A stretch of 51,343 bases of DNA, taken from NCBI GenBank assembly GCA_004193325.1, contig SEDW01000004.1, positions 1-51,343 on the forward strand, read 5' to 3'. The DNA is from Pseudomonadota bacterium. Its GTDB lineage: Bacteria > Bdellovibrionota_B > Oligoflexia > Oligoflexales > Oligoflexaceae. This document shows positions 1-9,565 of this stretch, in pieces. The notes under the pieces are model-generated. The model was not told where the DNA came from. It searched no databases and saw only the letters and a program-made list of their open reading frames with translations. Each line of letters begins with the position of its first letter. Position 1 is the stretch's first letter. Position numbers and translations under genes: made by a program.

Positions 1-108
1 GGTGGTCGTCACCCAGTATCTCCTTGGGGTCTCCCGACCAAAGGTCACAAGACTCGTCATAACAAGCGAACTGATAAAGACATCATTCGTCGTAGAAACG
101 CTAAGTAA
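1..108 (+). CDS. rplB: 50S ribosomal protein uL2, C-terminal end (partial)
   Basis: Frame 1 reads [35 protein letters not shown], the conserved uL2 C-terminus; directly precedes rpsS. Confidence 0.97.
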   Translation, partial: GGRHPVSPWGLPTKGHKTRHNKRTDKDIIRRRNAK

Positions 109-123
109 ACGGAGGTATGTTCA

Positions 124-393
124 ATGGCTCGTTCGATTAAAAAAGGTCCATTTGTGGACAGCTATCTCTTTAAGAAGGCTGAATCGGCGCTTAAAGATAA
201 GAAGCCAATCAAAACGTGGAGCCGTCGCTCTACTATTGTTCCTGACTTCGTTGGTCTTAACTTCCTTGTCCATAACGGCAAGAAGTTTGTACCGGTTTTT
301 GTCTCGGAAAATATGGTCGGCCACAAGTTGGGCGAGTTTGCACCTACCCGTACATACTACGGCCATGGTTCAGACAAAAAAGGTAAGAAGTAA
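124..393 (+). CDS. rpsS: 30S ribosomal protein uS19
   Basis: [12 protein letters not shown]...KTWSRRSTI...[13 protein letters not shown]; SD GGAGG. Confidence 0.99.
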   Translation: MARSIKKGPFVDSYLFKKAESALKDKKPIKTWSRRSTIVPDFVGLNFLVHNGKKFVPVFVSENMVGHKLGEFAPTRTYYGHGSDKKGKK

Positions 394-411
394 CGGATAG
401 GGAGCTAGGCC

Positions 412-750
412 TTGGAACGTTCATATAAAGCTGTCCTTAGGGACATCAGAGTAACCCCGCGCAAAGCACGGTTGGTAACAGATCTAATCAGAGGAAAGCC
501 AGTTTCCGTGGCTCTCGATATGCTAAAAGCAACGCAGAAGAAAACTGCTCCGTTGTTGGCTAAGTTGATTCAGTCAGCAATGGCGAATGCAACTAGCACT
601 TCAACAGTAGACGTTGACCGTTTGGTTGTTGCGTTTGTCTACGTAGACGAAGGCCAAAAGCTGAAACGTTTCTTGCCACGAGCGCAAGGACGTGCAACTC
701 AGGTTAAAAAACGTTCGTCACACATCACAGTTAAATTAGCTGAGATTTAA
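412..750 (+). CDS. rplV: 50S ribosomal protein uL22
   Basis: PRKARLV.DLIRGK, LKRFLPRAQGRA, SHITV; TTG start behind GGAG. Confidence 0.98.
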   Translation: MERSYKAVLRDIRVTPRKARLVTDLIRGKPVSVALDMLKATQKKTAPLLAKLIQSAMANATSTSTVDVDRLVVAFVYVDEGQKLKRFLPRAQGRATQVKKRSSHITVKLAEI

Positions 751-768
751 TCGGGAAGGGTAGGATTC

Positions 769-1305
769 GTGGGACAGAAAGTCAATCCAATCGGTTTTCG
801 AACAGGTATCACACGCCCCTGGGCGCGAGTTGAAATCGAGCGAGCTGCCGCTAATATGCGCGTAAATATCCATTCGAGCCGTCCAGGCATCATCATCGGC
901 AAAAAAGGCGCCGGCGCTGATAGCTTGAAAGCAGAGCTTGTTAAAGTATGTAAGATTTCTGGTGACCCGAGTATTAACGTATTCGAAATCCAGAAGCCAG
1001 ATGCTGATGCATCTCTTGTAGCTCAAAGTATTAAGCAGCAGTTGATACGCCGTGTTTCGTTCCGCCGCGCGATGAAAAAATCCATCGCAAGCGCAATCAA
1101 AGCAGGTGCTAAAGGTATCAAGGTTCAGACTTCGGGACGTCTAGGTGGAGCTGACATGTCACGTATTGAAAAATACCGTGAAGGTCGTGTGCCTCTTCAC
1201 ACTCTTCGTGCTGACATTGATTACGGTACAGCTGAGGCTCTAACAACCTTCGGCCTGATCGGTATCAAAGTCTGGATCTACAAAGGCGATATCCTGGCTG
1301 ATTAA
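769..1305 (+). CDS. rpsC: 30S ribosomal protein uS3, apparently missing about 34 aa after W18
   Basis: [44 protein letters not shown]; only 178 aa. Confidence 0.97.
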   Translation: MGQKVNPIGFRTGITRPWARVEIERAAANMRVNIHSSRPGIIIGKKGAGADSLKAELVKVCKISGDPSINVFEIQKPDADASLVAQSIKQQLIRRVSFRRAMKKSIASAIKAGAKGIKVQTSGRLGGADMSRIEKYREGRVPLHTLRADIDYGTAEALTTFGLIGIKVWIYKGDILAD

Positions 1306-1332
1306 TCTGAGCCGTATTATGAGGAAAGTGCG

Positions 1333-1755
1333 ATGCTATCTCCTAAGAAAATGAAATTCAGGAAGGCGCACAAAGGCCGCATTAAGGGTGATGCAATCCG
1401 CGGCTCAGAGCTGTCTTTCGGTGATTTTGGTCTACAAGCGTTGGAATCTGGAAAGATTACAGCTCGTCAGATCGAAGCTGCTCGTGTTGCTATGACTCGT
1501 CATATTAAACGTGGTGGCCGTGTTTGGATTAAGATTTTTCCAGACCATCCTGTAACTAAGAAGCCTCTAGAAGTTCGAATGGGTAAAGGTAAAGGTTCCG
1601 TAGAATTCTACGTAGCTTACGTTAAGCCAGGCCGAATTTTGTATGAAATGGATGGCGTTACTCCGGCAGTAGCGACTGAGGCTCTCAATTTGGCAGCTGC
1701 TAAGTTGCCAATTCGAACCAAATTGCTGTCAAAAGCGGAGGACATCTGGTCATAA
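1333..1755 (+). CDS. rplP: 50S ribosomal protein uL16
   Basis: [30 protein letters not shown]. Confidence 0.99.
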   Translation: MLSPKKMKFRKAHKGRIKGDAIRGSELSFGDFGLQALESGKITARQIEAARVAMTRHIKRGGRVWIKIFPDHPVTKKPLEVRMGKGKGSVEFYVAYVKPGRILYEMDGVTPAVATEALNLAAAKLPIRTKLLSKAEDIWS

Positions 1756-1967
1756 TGGATTACTTTAAAGTTACAGCTAAAGAGCTGCGGTCTAAAGAAG
1801 TCAGCGAACTTACGGGTTCTGTAAAAGAAATTCAGAAGCAGCTAGCTTCTATCCGTATGGACGTGTATACGGCACCTGCAGTAGGTGTGGGCAAAACAAA
1901 GAAACTCAAAAAAACTTTGGCCCGCATTCTGACGGTTGCTAACGAGAAGTCCCTTAAAAAGGGCTGA
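1755..1967 (+). CDS. rpmC: 50S ribosomal protein uL29 (divergent)
   Basis: Position between rplP and rpsQ; AKELRSK..EL and KKTLARILT motifs. Confidence 0.9.
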   Translation: MDYFKVTAKELRSKEVSELTGSVKEIQKQLASIRMDVYTAPAVGVGKTKKLKKTLARILTVANEKSLKKG

Positions 1968-1982
1968 GAAAGGTGAAGCACG

Positions 1983-2261
1983 ATGTCTGAAGTTAAAAAT
2001 GAAGCGAAGTCTAAGCCTTTCTCGGGAGTCGTGACCTCCGACAAGATGGACAAATCGCGTGTAGTCACTGTTGAGCGTCTCGTTAAGCACGAGCGCTACG
2101 GTAAGTACACGAAACGTCGTACTAAATTGATGTTCCATGATGAGAAGAACGAGAGCCGTTTGGGAGACACCGTCTTGGTTATCCCTTCTCGCCCATACAG
2201 CGCGAACAAGCGGTTTGACCTCCTTAAAATCGTGAATAAAGCTGACGACGTAGCCGAATAA
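1983..2261 (+). CDS. rpsQ: 30S ribosomal protein uS17
   Basis: [32 protein letters not shown]. Confidence 0.98.
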   Translation: MSEVKNEAKSKPFSGVVTSDKMDKSRVVTVERLVKHERYGKYTKRRTKLMFHDEKNESRLGDTVLVIPSRPYSANKRFDLLKIVNKADDVAE

Positions 2262-2293
2262 CGAGTCAACTGCGAGATCAAAGGGCTAGTTCT

Positions 2294-2665
2294 ATGATCC
2301 AAATGGAATCAGTGTTAATGAGTGGAGACAACTCCGGGGCTAAGGTCCTGAAATGTTTCAAAGTATTGGGCGGTAGTAAGCGTCGTTATGCAACTGTCGG
2401 TGATACCATCGTAGTTGCTATCAAAGAGACTATCCCGAATAGCAAAGTCAAAAAAGGTAGCGTTCACAAGGCTGTTATCGTTCGTACTTCTAAGGAAATC
2501 CTTAGAAAAGACGGTTCGACTATCCGCTTCGATGAGAACGCAGCAGTCTTGATCAAAGGCAAAGACAGTGAGCCAGTTGGCACACGTATCTTTGGACCAG
2601 TCGCTCGCGAAGTTAGACAAAAAGGTTTTGTCCGTATAGCTTCGCTCGCACCAGAAGTGATCTAA
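2294..2665 (+). CDS. rplN: 50S ribosomal protein uL14
   Basis: MIQ...[31 protein letters not shown]. Confidence 0.99.
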   Translation: MIQMESVLMSGDNSGAKVLKCFKVLGGSKRRYATVGDTIVVAIKETIPNSKVKKGSVHKAVIVRTSKEILRKDGSTIRFDENAAVLIKGKDSEPVGTRIFGPVAREVRQKGFVRIASLAPEVI

Positions 2666-2693
2666 ACGGAACGTACTGATAAAGGTGATAGAG

Positions 2694-3239
2694 ATGGGTA
2701 ACGTCCCCCGATTGCAAGAGCATTACAGCTCTATTAGAGAGCAACTCGCTAAAGAACTTGGCCTTGAAAATGCCAACGAGATCCCTCGTATTGAGAAGAT
2801 CGTTGTCAATATTGGTCAAGGCGAAGCGGTTCAAAACCATAAGATCCTCGACGGCGCAATTGCTGACCTCGAGAAAATCACTGGTCAGAAGGCTGTTCTC
2901 ACACGAGCGAAGAAAAGTATCGCTGGATTCAAACTTCGTGCTGGTGTGCCTATCGGGTGCAGCGTAACTCTGCGTCGCCAGAGAATGTACGAGTTCCTTG
3001 ACCGGTTGATCAACGTTTCAATCCCTCGTATCCGCGACTTTCGTGGGTTCTCCCCGAAAGCGTTTGATGGTCGTGGCAACTATACGCTCGGCGTAAAAGA
3101 GCAGATCATCTTTCCAGAGATCGAATACGATAAAGTTGACCGTATCCGCGGTTTGGGCATCACCATTGTCATGAGTGCGAAAAGCGACATCCAAGCGAAA
3201 GCGCTACTGGACAAGTTTAGTTTCCCATTCAGAAAGTAA
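2694..3239 (+). CDS. rplE: 50S ribosomal protein uL5
   Basis: [31 protein letters not shown]; ATG 2694 chosen for SD AAGGTGA. Confidence 0.98.
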   Translation: MGNVPRLQEHYSSIREQLAKELGLENANEIPRIEKIVVNIGQGEAVQNHKILDGAIADLEKITGQKAVLTRAKKSIAGFKLRAGVPIGCSVTLRRQRMYEFLDRLINVSIPRIRDFRGFSPKAFDGRGNYTLGVKEQIIFPEIEYDKVDRIRGLGITIVMSAKSDIQAKALLDKFSFPFRK

Positions 3240-3269
3240 TCCCAATAACTTGGGCAATTAGGAGCGACA

Positions 3270-3455
3270 ATGGCTAAGCAAGCGATGATTGAAAAAGCAA
3301 AGCGCACACCGAAGTTCTCTTCACGCGCTTATACTAGATGCAATAAATGTGGCCGTCCAAAAGCCGTATATCGTAAATTCGGGATCTGTCGTATTTGTTT
3401 CCGGCAAATGGCCCTCGATGGCTTGCTGGCTGGCGTCACGAAGGCATCCTGGTAA
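3270..3455 (+). CDS. rpsN: 30S ribosomal protein uS14, short Zn-binding (type Z) form
   Basis: 61 aa with CNKCGR...CRICFR, ends KASW. Confidence 0.98.
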   Translation: MAKQAMIEKAKRTPKFSSRAYTRCNKCGRPKAVYRKFGICRICFRQMALDGLLAGVTKASW

Positions 3456-3473
3456 AATAGTCGGAGAGAATCG

Positions 3474-3872
3474 ATGCAAATCACAGATCCAATCGCTGAC
3501 CTTTTAACAAGGATCAGAAACGCTCAGAAAGCTGGACACGAAGTAGTTAGCGTCCCAGCTTCGAAGATGAAAATCGCGGTCACACACATCCTTAAAGAAC
3601 AAGGTTTTGTGCGTAACTACAAAGCTATCCGCGACAATAAGCAAGGTATCCTCAAGATTGCTCTTGCTTACAACGACAAAGGCCGTCCGGGGATCCAAGA
3701 GATCAAACGCGTCAGCACTCCATCAAAAAGAGTCTACGTGTCGGCTTCGACACTTCCTTTCGTTAAGAATGGCTTCGGCGTTGGTATCATATCAACTCCT
3801 ACAGGCATCATGACTGATCGTGAAGCTCGTAAAAATCATCTCGGCGGCGAGTTCATCTGCTCTGTATTTTAA
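3474..3872 (+). CDS. rpsH: 30S ribosomal protein uS8
   Basis: TDPIADLLTRIRNA, IISTPTGIMTDREAR, GGE. Confidence 0.99.
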   Translation: MQITDPIADLLTRIRNAQKAGHEVVSVPASKMKIAVTHILKEQGFVRNYKAIRDNKQGILKIALAYNDKGRPGIQEIKRVSTPSKRVYVSASTLPFVKNGFGVGIISTPTGIMTDREARKNHLGGEFICSVF

Positions 3873-3884
3873 TAGAGGTCGACC

Positions 3885-4430
3885 ATGTCACGCATAGGTA
3901 AACACCCAATCGCCGTTCCGGGCGGGGTAGAAGTTAAGATCGAGGGTAACCTCGTTAAAGTTAAAGGCCCTAAAGGTCAGCTACAACGTGAGCTTCATAA
4001 CTCCATCGTAGCTAAACTTGATGGCAACGTCCTTAGCGTCAACTTGGCGAAAGAGGGCGATAAAGATAACAGCAAGTTTCACGGCTTAACCCGTACGCTT
4101 ATCGCTAACATGGTCGAAGGTGTCTCTAAAGGATACGAACGACGTCTTACACTTGTCGGTGTAGGTTATCGTGCAGCTAAGCAAGGCGCAGGTCTGAACC
4201 TTTCCCTAGGCTATAGTCACCCTATCTACTTTGAAGCTGCTAAGGGTGTAGATCTCGATATTGACAAGAACACGACAGTCATCGTTAAAGGTGCCTCGAA
4301 GGAACTTGTTGGTGAAACAGCTGCGAAAATTCGTAGTCTACGTGCACCTGAGCCGTATCACGGTAAAGGCGTTCGCTATGAAGACGAGAAGATCATCACA
4401 AAAGTCGGTAAGTCTGGCGGCAAGAAATAA
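3885..4430 (+). CDS. rplF: 50S ribosomal protein uL6
   Basis: MSRIGKHPI, GVGYRA, LGYSHP, PEPYHGKG. Confidence 0.99.
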   Translation: MSRIGKHPIAVPGGVEVKIEGNLVKVKGPKGQLQRELHNSIVAKLDGNVLSVNLAKEGDKDNSKFHGLTRTLIANMVEGVSKGYERRLTLVGVGYRAAKQGAGLNLSLGYSHPIYFEAAKGVDLDIDKNTTVIVKGASKELVGETAAKIRSLRAPEPYHGKGVRYEDEKIITKVGKSGGKK

Positions 4431-4450
4431 GGAAACGGTGGGACTGCGAT

Positions 4451-4807
4451 ATGGCTAACACAATCAAAAAAGCTGCGCTTCGCGAGAAACGCAAAAAAAG
4501 AATTCGTAAGAAAGTGTTCGGTACAGCTGAACGTCCACGCCTAAGCGTTTTCCGTTCTGCTCGTCACGTATACGCCCAAGTTATCGATGATATCAAAGGT
4601 GTAACACTGGCTTCTGTCCACTCCTTCAAAAAAGGTTCTGAAGAGCGCGCTAACAAAGCCGTTTGTACAGAACTTGGCAAGAAGCTGGCAGAAAGCTGCA
4701 AAGCAAAGAATATCACTGCGGTAGTCTTTGATAAAAACGGTTTCGCCTATCATGGTCGCGTACAGGCTCTTGCTGAAGGCGCACGTGATGGTGGCCTCAA
4801 CTTCTAA
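4451..4807 (+). CDS. rplR: 50S ribosomal protein uL18
   Basis: [33 protein letters not shown]. Confidence 0.99.
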   Translation: MANTIKKAALREKRKKRIRKKVFGTAERPRLSVFRSARHVYAQVIDDIKGVTLASVHSFKKGSEERANKAVCTELGKKLAESCKAKNITAVVFDKNGFAYHGRVQALAEGARDGGLNF

Positions 4808-4827
4808 AAGAAATTTTGGAGACAGAC

Positions 4828-5421
4828 GTGGCTCAAGAGCAAGGTCAAGGACAAGGGCAAGGCCAAGGTAGAAACCAAGGCGGCCGTGACGGTGGAAGAG
4901 ATAATCGCGGTCCTCGCGAAGAAAATAAACGTGATGACAACCTTCAAGACCGAGTCGTTAATATCGCTCGCGTTGCAAAAGTTGTTAAAGGTGGTCGCCG
5001 TTTCAGCTTCTCCGCACTCGTAGTAGTCGGTGATGGCAAAGATATGGTTGGCTTCGGTCTTGGTAAAGCGAACGAGGTACCTGATGCAATTCGCAAGGGT
5101 GGCGAGCAAGCTAAAAAAGACATGATCAAAGTTCGTAAAGTCGGTAACACGATTCCATACGAAGTCGTTGGTCGCTACGGTTCTGCGAAAGTTCTTATGT
5201 ACCCAGCGAAAGCGGGTAAAGGAATCATCGCTGGTGGTGCAGTTCGTATCATCGCTGAACTTGCTGGTATCCACGATATCGTTTGTAAAGTCCACGGTAC
5301 ACGTAACCACCAAAACGTGGTTCGCGCAGTTATCGATGGCTTGAAGCAACTTGAGAGCATCGAAGAGTATTCTTCGAATCTCGGCAAACAAGCCCACGAA
5401 GTTCTTCAGTCTCGCCACTAA
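4828..5421 (+). CDS. rpsE: 30S ribosomal protein uS5 with low-complexity N-terminal extension
   Basis: [43 protein letters not shown]; GTG 4828 behind GGAG. Confidence 0.98.
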   Translation: MAQEQGQGQGQGQGRNQGGRDGGRDNRGPREENKRDDNLQDRVVNIARVAKVVKGGRRFSFSALVVVGDGKDMVGFGLGKANEVPDAIRKGGEQAKKDMIKVRKVGNTIPYEVVGRYGSAKVLMYPAKAGKGIIAGGAVRIIAELAGIHDIVCKVHGTRNHQNVVRAVIDGLKQLESIEEYSSNLGKQAHEVLQSRH

Positions 5422-5451
5422 AAAGAATTAGACGCCAACTGGAGTCATGCA

Positions 5452-5637
5452 ATGGCAAAGATAGTCGTAAGACAAACACGTAGTCTTATCGGTAACCCGG
5501 AAGCTGCCCGTAAAGTCATCAAAGGCTTGGGTCTCGGCCGAATCGGTAAAGTTAAGACACACAAAGACAACAACTGCATTCGCGGGATGATTAACAAAGT
5601 TAAGCATCTCATCGAGTACGAACTAATCGCCGACTGA
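5452..5637 (+). CDS. rpmD: 50S ribosomal protein uL30
   Basis: RSLIG, LGL.RIG, IRGMINKVKHL; position between rpsE and rplO. Confidence 0.97.
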   Translation: MAKIVVRQTRSLIGNPEAARKVIKGLGLGRIGKVKTHKDNNCIRGMINKVKHLIEYELIAD

Positions 5638-5650
5638 GGATGGAGAATCT

Positions 5651-6094
5651 ATGAAAACTTTAGGAAATCTACATCCAGCTCCTGGCTCGAACAAAGACAA
5701 GAAACGTCTTGGTCGCGGTCCTGGTAGCGGTGTCGGTGGTACCTCGGGTAAAGGTCACAAAGGCCAAAAAGCACGTAAGAGCGGTAACGTTCGTGCGGGC
5801 TTCGAAGGCGGCCAGACACCTATGTATAGACGTTTGCCGAAACGAGGATTCAAAAATCCTTCTCGCATCGCCTATAATCCTATAAACTTAGAGGCTCTCA
5901 ACGTATTTGAGCAAGGTTCAACAGTAACGCCTGAACTCCTTGCCCAACACGGATTGCTTCGCAATCCAGAGAGTCCTGTGAAGCTTCTGGCTCGTGGCGA
6001 GCTTAAAAAGAAGCTTACCGTCAAGTTTCATAAGGCAAGCGGGACAGCAAAAGCGGCAGTGGAAAAAGCGGGCGGTAAATTCGAGGAGATCTAA
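5651..6094 (+). CDS. rplO: 50S ribosomal protein uL15
   Basis: GRGPGSG.G.TSGKGHKGQKAR, FEGGQTP..RRLPKRGF. Confidence 0.99.
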   Translation: MKTLGNLHPAPGSNKDKKRLGRGPGSGVGGTSGKGHKGQKARKSGNVRAGFEGGQTPMYRRLPKRGFKNPSRIAYNPINLEALNVFEQGSTVTPELLAQHGLLRNPESPVKLLARGELKKKLTVKFHKASGTAKAAVEKAGGKFEEI

Positions 6095-6096
6095 TA

Positions 6097-7419
6097 GTGG
6101 GACAGCGGATATCGTCTCTGACTGAGGGTTTTGGAAATCAGCTGACAAAGAAGATATTGTTTACACTTGGATTTCTTGCGCTATATCGCATTGGCGTGCA
6201 CGTTCCGATTCCGGGCGTGAACACCGAGGCTTTAAGTGAGTTTTTCAAAAGCCAGGGGGGAAACCTCTTGGGTATGTTCAATATGTTCTCTGGTGGCGCC
6301 GCCGCGAGATTTAGTATCTTCGCGCTCGGTGTAATGCCGTACATATCCGCATCTATTATCGTGCAGCTCCTCACAGTTATCGTTCCACATCTTGAAGCGC
6401 TCTCCAAAGAAGGCGATGCAGGACGTAAGAAGATAACCCAATACACACGTTACGGGACGATCGTTATTGCTCTGGTTCAGGGCTATATGATCGCCCGCAC
6501 CGTTGCGTCCTCTAACACGGGTGCCGTTCCCTTCGTGACCGATCCTAGTACAACGTGGGCCATCCTGACGGCTATCTCACTTACTGCTGGTACGGCTTTC
6601 GTTATGTGGCTCGGTGAGCAGATCACTGATCGAGGTGTCGGTAACGGTATCTCTCTCATCATCTTCTGCGGTATTGTGGCGGGCTTGCCTTCGGTCATAG
6701 CTAATACTTATACGAAATTCAACAAGTCTGAAATGGAACTGGCTCAGATCGCCATTCTTGTCGCAGTGATCTTACTGATTACCGCGGGTGTGGTCTTCAT
6801 GGAGCAAGCTGCAAGGCAGATTCCTATTCAGTATGCGAAGAGACAAGTCGGTAATCGTGTATACGGCGGCCAGACTTCCCATCTCCCAATCCGTATCAAC
6901 ACTGCCGGTGTTATTCCTCCTATCTTTGCTAGTTCACTTCTTCAAATCCCGATCACAATCGGTCAATTTGCGAAGACTGGTTGGGTAGCGAACGTAATCA
7001 ATGGCGTCTTGATACCTGGCGGCTGGCTATACAATCTCGTCTACCTGGCGATGATTATATTCTTCTCGTATTTTTATACTTCGATTCAGTTCAAGCCGGA
7101 CGACATTGCCGAGAACCTGAAGAAGCACGGTGGTTTTGTTCCTGGTATTCGACCTGGTGCAAGAACTTCGGAATTCCTCGGGCGCGTAATCAATCGTTTG
7201 ACTTTGACCGGAGCTCTTTATCTTAGCGCGATTTGTCTGATTCCTTCGATCATCACGGACAGCTTCAATGTTCAGTTCTACTTTGGTGGTACAAGTCTAC
7301 TCATCATCGTCGGTACAGCTCTTGAAACCTTCCGCCAAATCGATGCGCATCGCCAGTCTCTACGCTACGAAGCGTTCATGAAATCTACAAATATCCGTAG
7401 TCGTGGGAGTCGTAGGTGA
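6097..7419 (+). CDS. secY: Preprotein translocase subunit SecY
   Basis: SIFALGVMPYISASII, WLGEQIT.RG.GNGIS, GVIPPIFA, PGIRPG. Confidence 0.99.
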   Translation: MGQRISSLTEGFGNQLTKKILFTLGFLALYRIGVHVPIPGVNTEALSEFFKSQGGNLLGMFNMFSGGAAARFSIFALGVMPYISASIIVQLLTVIVPHLEALSKEGDAGRKKITQYTRYGTIVIALVQGYMIARTVASSNTGAVPFVTDPSTTWAILTAISLTAGTAFVMWLGEQITDRGVGNGISLIIFCGIVAGLPSVIANTYTKFNKSEMELAQIAILVAVILLITAGVVFMEQAARQIPIQYAKRQVGNRVYGGQTSHLPIRINTAGVIPPIFASSLLQIPITIGQFAKTGWVANVINGVLIPGGWLYNLVYLAMIIFFSYFYTSIQFKPDDIAENLKKHGGFVPGIRPGARTSEFLGRVINRLTLTGALYLSAICLIPSIITDSFNVQFYFGGTSLLIIVGTALETFRQIDAHRQSLRYEAFMKSTNIRSRGSRR

Positions 7420-8060
7420 TCGTTGTTCTAACCGGTGCTCCTGGAGCCGGCAAAGGCACTCAAGCCGACCTGATTGCTGAGAAACTCGGATACAAGAAAA
7501 TTTCTACTGGCGACGCTCTGCGTCGTCAGATTCAAATCGGTAGCGATATCGGCAAACAAGCCCAAAGCATCATGGCTGAGGGTCGTTTGGTTCCTGATTC
7601 TGTCTTGCTCGGCATTTTAAAGTCCGAACTTGATGCAGCTGGATCCAAGCCGGTGTTACTAGACGGTTACCCCCGCAATCTTGCACAGGCGAAAGCTCTT
7701 CAAGATCTTGTTGGCACCGGGCTGATAAAAGCTGCTGTCCATCTCGATGTTGACTACCAAAGTCTCGCAAATCGAATCACAGGTCGTCGGACATGTGTGC
7801 AATGTGGCGCAAGCTATCATGTTGCGAATAGCCCGGCGCGTGTTGAAGGTGTTTGTGATAAATGCGGTGGAAGCCTTATACAGCGTCCAGATGATGATGC
7901 TGAAAAGGTGAAGACTCGTCTCCAGATATACGAAAATGATACTAGGCCAATATTGGATTTTTACCGGGATCTGGGCCTCTATCATCGGGTCGACGGCAAC
8001 AGCCCCGCTCCGAAGGTCTTTGCAGAACTTAGCGGTTTGCTGCAATCTTTAGGTACCTGA
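7416..8060 (+). CDS. adk: Adenylate kinase (Zn-lid type)
   Basis: P-loop GAPGAGKGTQ, LDGYPR, lid CxxC...CxxC. Confidence 0.98.
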   Translation: MIVVLTGAPGAGKGTQADLIAEKLGYKKISTGDALRRQIQIGSDIGKQAQSIMAEGRLVPDSVLLGILKSELDAAGSKPVLLDGYPRNLAQAKALQDLVGTGLIKAAVHLDVDYQSLANRITGRRTCVQCGASYHVANSPARVEGVCDKCGGSLIQRPDDDAEKVKTRLQIYENDTRPILDFYRDLGLYHRVDGNSPAPKVFAELSGLLQSLGT

Positions 8061-8100
8061 ACCACGGAAATATCCGTTCCGCTGCTCATTTGGTTTTCAC

Positions 8101-8129
8101 TTGCTGATCCAGGGTGAACTGTGTACAGT
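8101..8129 (+). promoter_or_regulatory. Putative sigma70 promoter for infA-rpmJ-rpsM
   Basis: TTGCTG-N17-TACAGT about 50 nt upstream of infA. Confidence 0.5.
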
Positions 8130-8179
8130 TTCGCTTCATTGTTCTGGTGAGGCATTCAGACGCGAGTCCGAGGAATGTT

Positions 8180-8398
8180 ATGGCCAAGGAAGATGTAATT
8201 GAAGTGGAAGGCGTTGTTAAAGAGCCCCTTCCCAACGCGATGTTTATAGTTGAGCTCGAGAACGGTCACGAGGTCCTTGCTCATATCAGCGGTAAAATGC
8301 GCATGCACTTTATCCGAATCCTGCCTGGTGACAAGGTTAAGCTAGAAATTTCACCATATGACTTAGGTCGTGGTCGAATTGTTTATCGTGCGAAGTAA
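8180..8398 (+). CDS. infA: Translation initiation factor IF-1
   Basis: [11 protein letters not shown]...[21 protein letters not shown]; ATG 8180 behind GAGG. Confidence 0.99.
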   Translation: MAKEDVIEVEGVVKEPLPNAMFIVELENGHEVLAHISGKMRMHFIRILPGDKVKLEISPYDLGRGRIVYRAK

Positions 8399-8484
8399 TT
8401 AAGGGTTCGAAAGAACTGAACAAAGAGATTCGATAGCCAAAACGGCGTGAGATCGATTCTGAGGGACAGAAAGAGGTTGTTCGA

Positions 8485-8598
8485 ATGAAAGTTAGAGCTA
8501 GTGTAAAGCCGATCTGTGACAAGTGTAAAGTCGTACGCCGTTCGGGTGTTCTGCGGGTTATCTGCGAAGTTAAGAAACATAAACAGAGACAAGGCTAA
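8485..8598 (+). CDS. rpmJ: 50S ribosomal protein bL36 (Zn type), below ORF-track cutoff
   Basis: Manual translation [37 protein letters not shown]. Confidence 0.98.
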   Translation: MKVRASVKPICDKCKVVRRSGVLRVICEVKKHKQRQG

Positions 8599-8609
8599 GG
8601 AGTAACCCA

Positions 8610-8981
8610 ATGGCACGTATAGCTGGTGTAGACCTTCCGGGTCAAAAACGAGTCGACATTGCACTTACAAGCATTTACGGTATCGGCCGTCGTTCTGCGA
8701 AAGTAATCGCTGCAGCTGCAGGGATCGCTCCAGATCGCAAGGCACACGATCTTAATCAAGATGAAGTTAACGCTATTCGTAAAGCAATCGAAAGCGAAGG
8801 CGTCTTGGTAGAAGGTGACTTGCGTCGTGAAATCTCCCTCAACATTAAACGTCTTGTAGATTTGGGCTGTTACCGCGGTCTTCGTCACCGTAAAGGTCTG
8901 CCAGTACGCGGACAAAGAACGAAGACGAACTCTAGAACTCGTAAGGGTCCTAGAAAAACTATCGCGAACAAGAAGAAGTAA
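8610..8981 (+). CDS. rpsM: 30S ribosomal protein uS13
   Basis: [36 protein letters not shown]. Confidence 0.99.
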   Translation: MARIAGVDLPGQKRVDIALTSIYGIGRRSAKVIAAAAGIAPDRKAHDLNQDEVNAIRKAIESEGVLVEGDLRREISLNIKRLVDLGCYRGLRHRKGLPVRGQRTKTNSRTRKGPRKTIANKKK

Positions 8982-9006
8982 CAGCGCTAAATAGGAGTAA
9001 AAACAG

Positions 9007-9396
9007 ATGGCTAAGGCGACTGTTGTTAAGAAGCGTAAAACGAAAAAGAACGTCCCTATGGGCGTGGCTCATATTCAAGCAACATTCAACAACACAATCG
9101 TTACGATCACAGATCTTAACGGCGAAGTGGTTGCATGGTCGACTGCTGGTGCTAAAGGCTTCAAAGGATCTCGTAAGAGCACTCCTTTCGCAGCTCAGGT
9201 TGCAGCGGAAGAAGCAGGACGTAAGGCAATGGACGCAGGAATGCGCTCTATCTCTGTCCTCGTCAAAGGTCCAGGTTCAGGTCGTGAAAGTGCAGTTCGT
9301 GCACTTTCGGCAGTTGGATTGCGCGTTAACCTTTTGAAGGACATTACACCAGTTCCTCATAACGGTTGCCGCCCTCCTAAGCGCCGTCGCGTTTAA
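9007..9396 (+). CDS. rpsK: 30S ribosomal protein uS11
   Basis: [33 protein letters not shown]. Confidence 0.99.
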   Translation: MAKATVVKKRKTKKNVPMGVAHIQATFNNTIVTITDLNGEVVAWSTAGAKGFKGSRKSTPFAAQVAAEEAGRKAMDAGMRSISVLVKGPGSGRESAVRALSAVGLRVNLLKDITPVPHNGCRPPKRRRV

Positions 9397-9565
9397 TAGG
9401 TCATATATTTGTTACTAGGGCAGTCTATTCGCGGATACTTCTAGACCGGTAAAAAACAATACTGCTAGAATCGATTCACAAATACTGTCCTGTTCTAGAG
9501 CCTTAGGGCTAACCTCGTTTTGGGGTCGGAACGATCGTTAACGAAGCCATGACGGAGAAGCGTCT

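Noticed and set aside
2-400. 132-aa ORF overlapping rplB and rpsS
   Set aside because: Off-frame shadow of two well-supported ribosomal protein genes
8061-8179. No map gene between adk and infA
   Set aside because: map is often elsewhere; the spacer holds a plausible promoter
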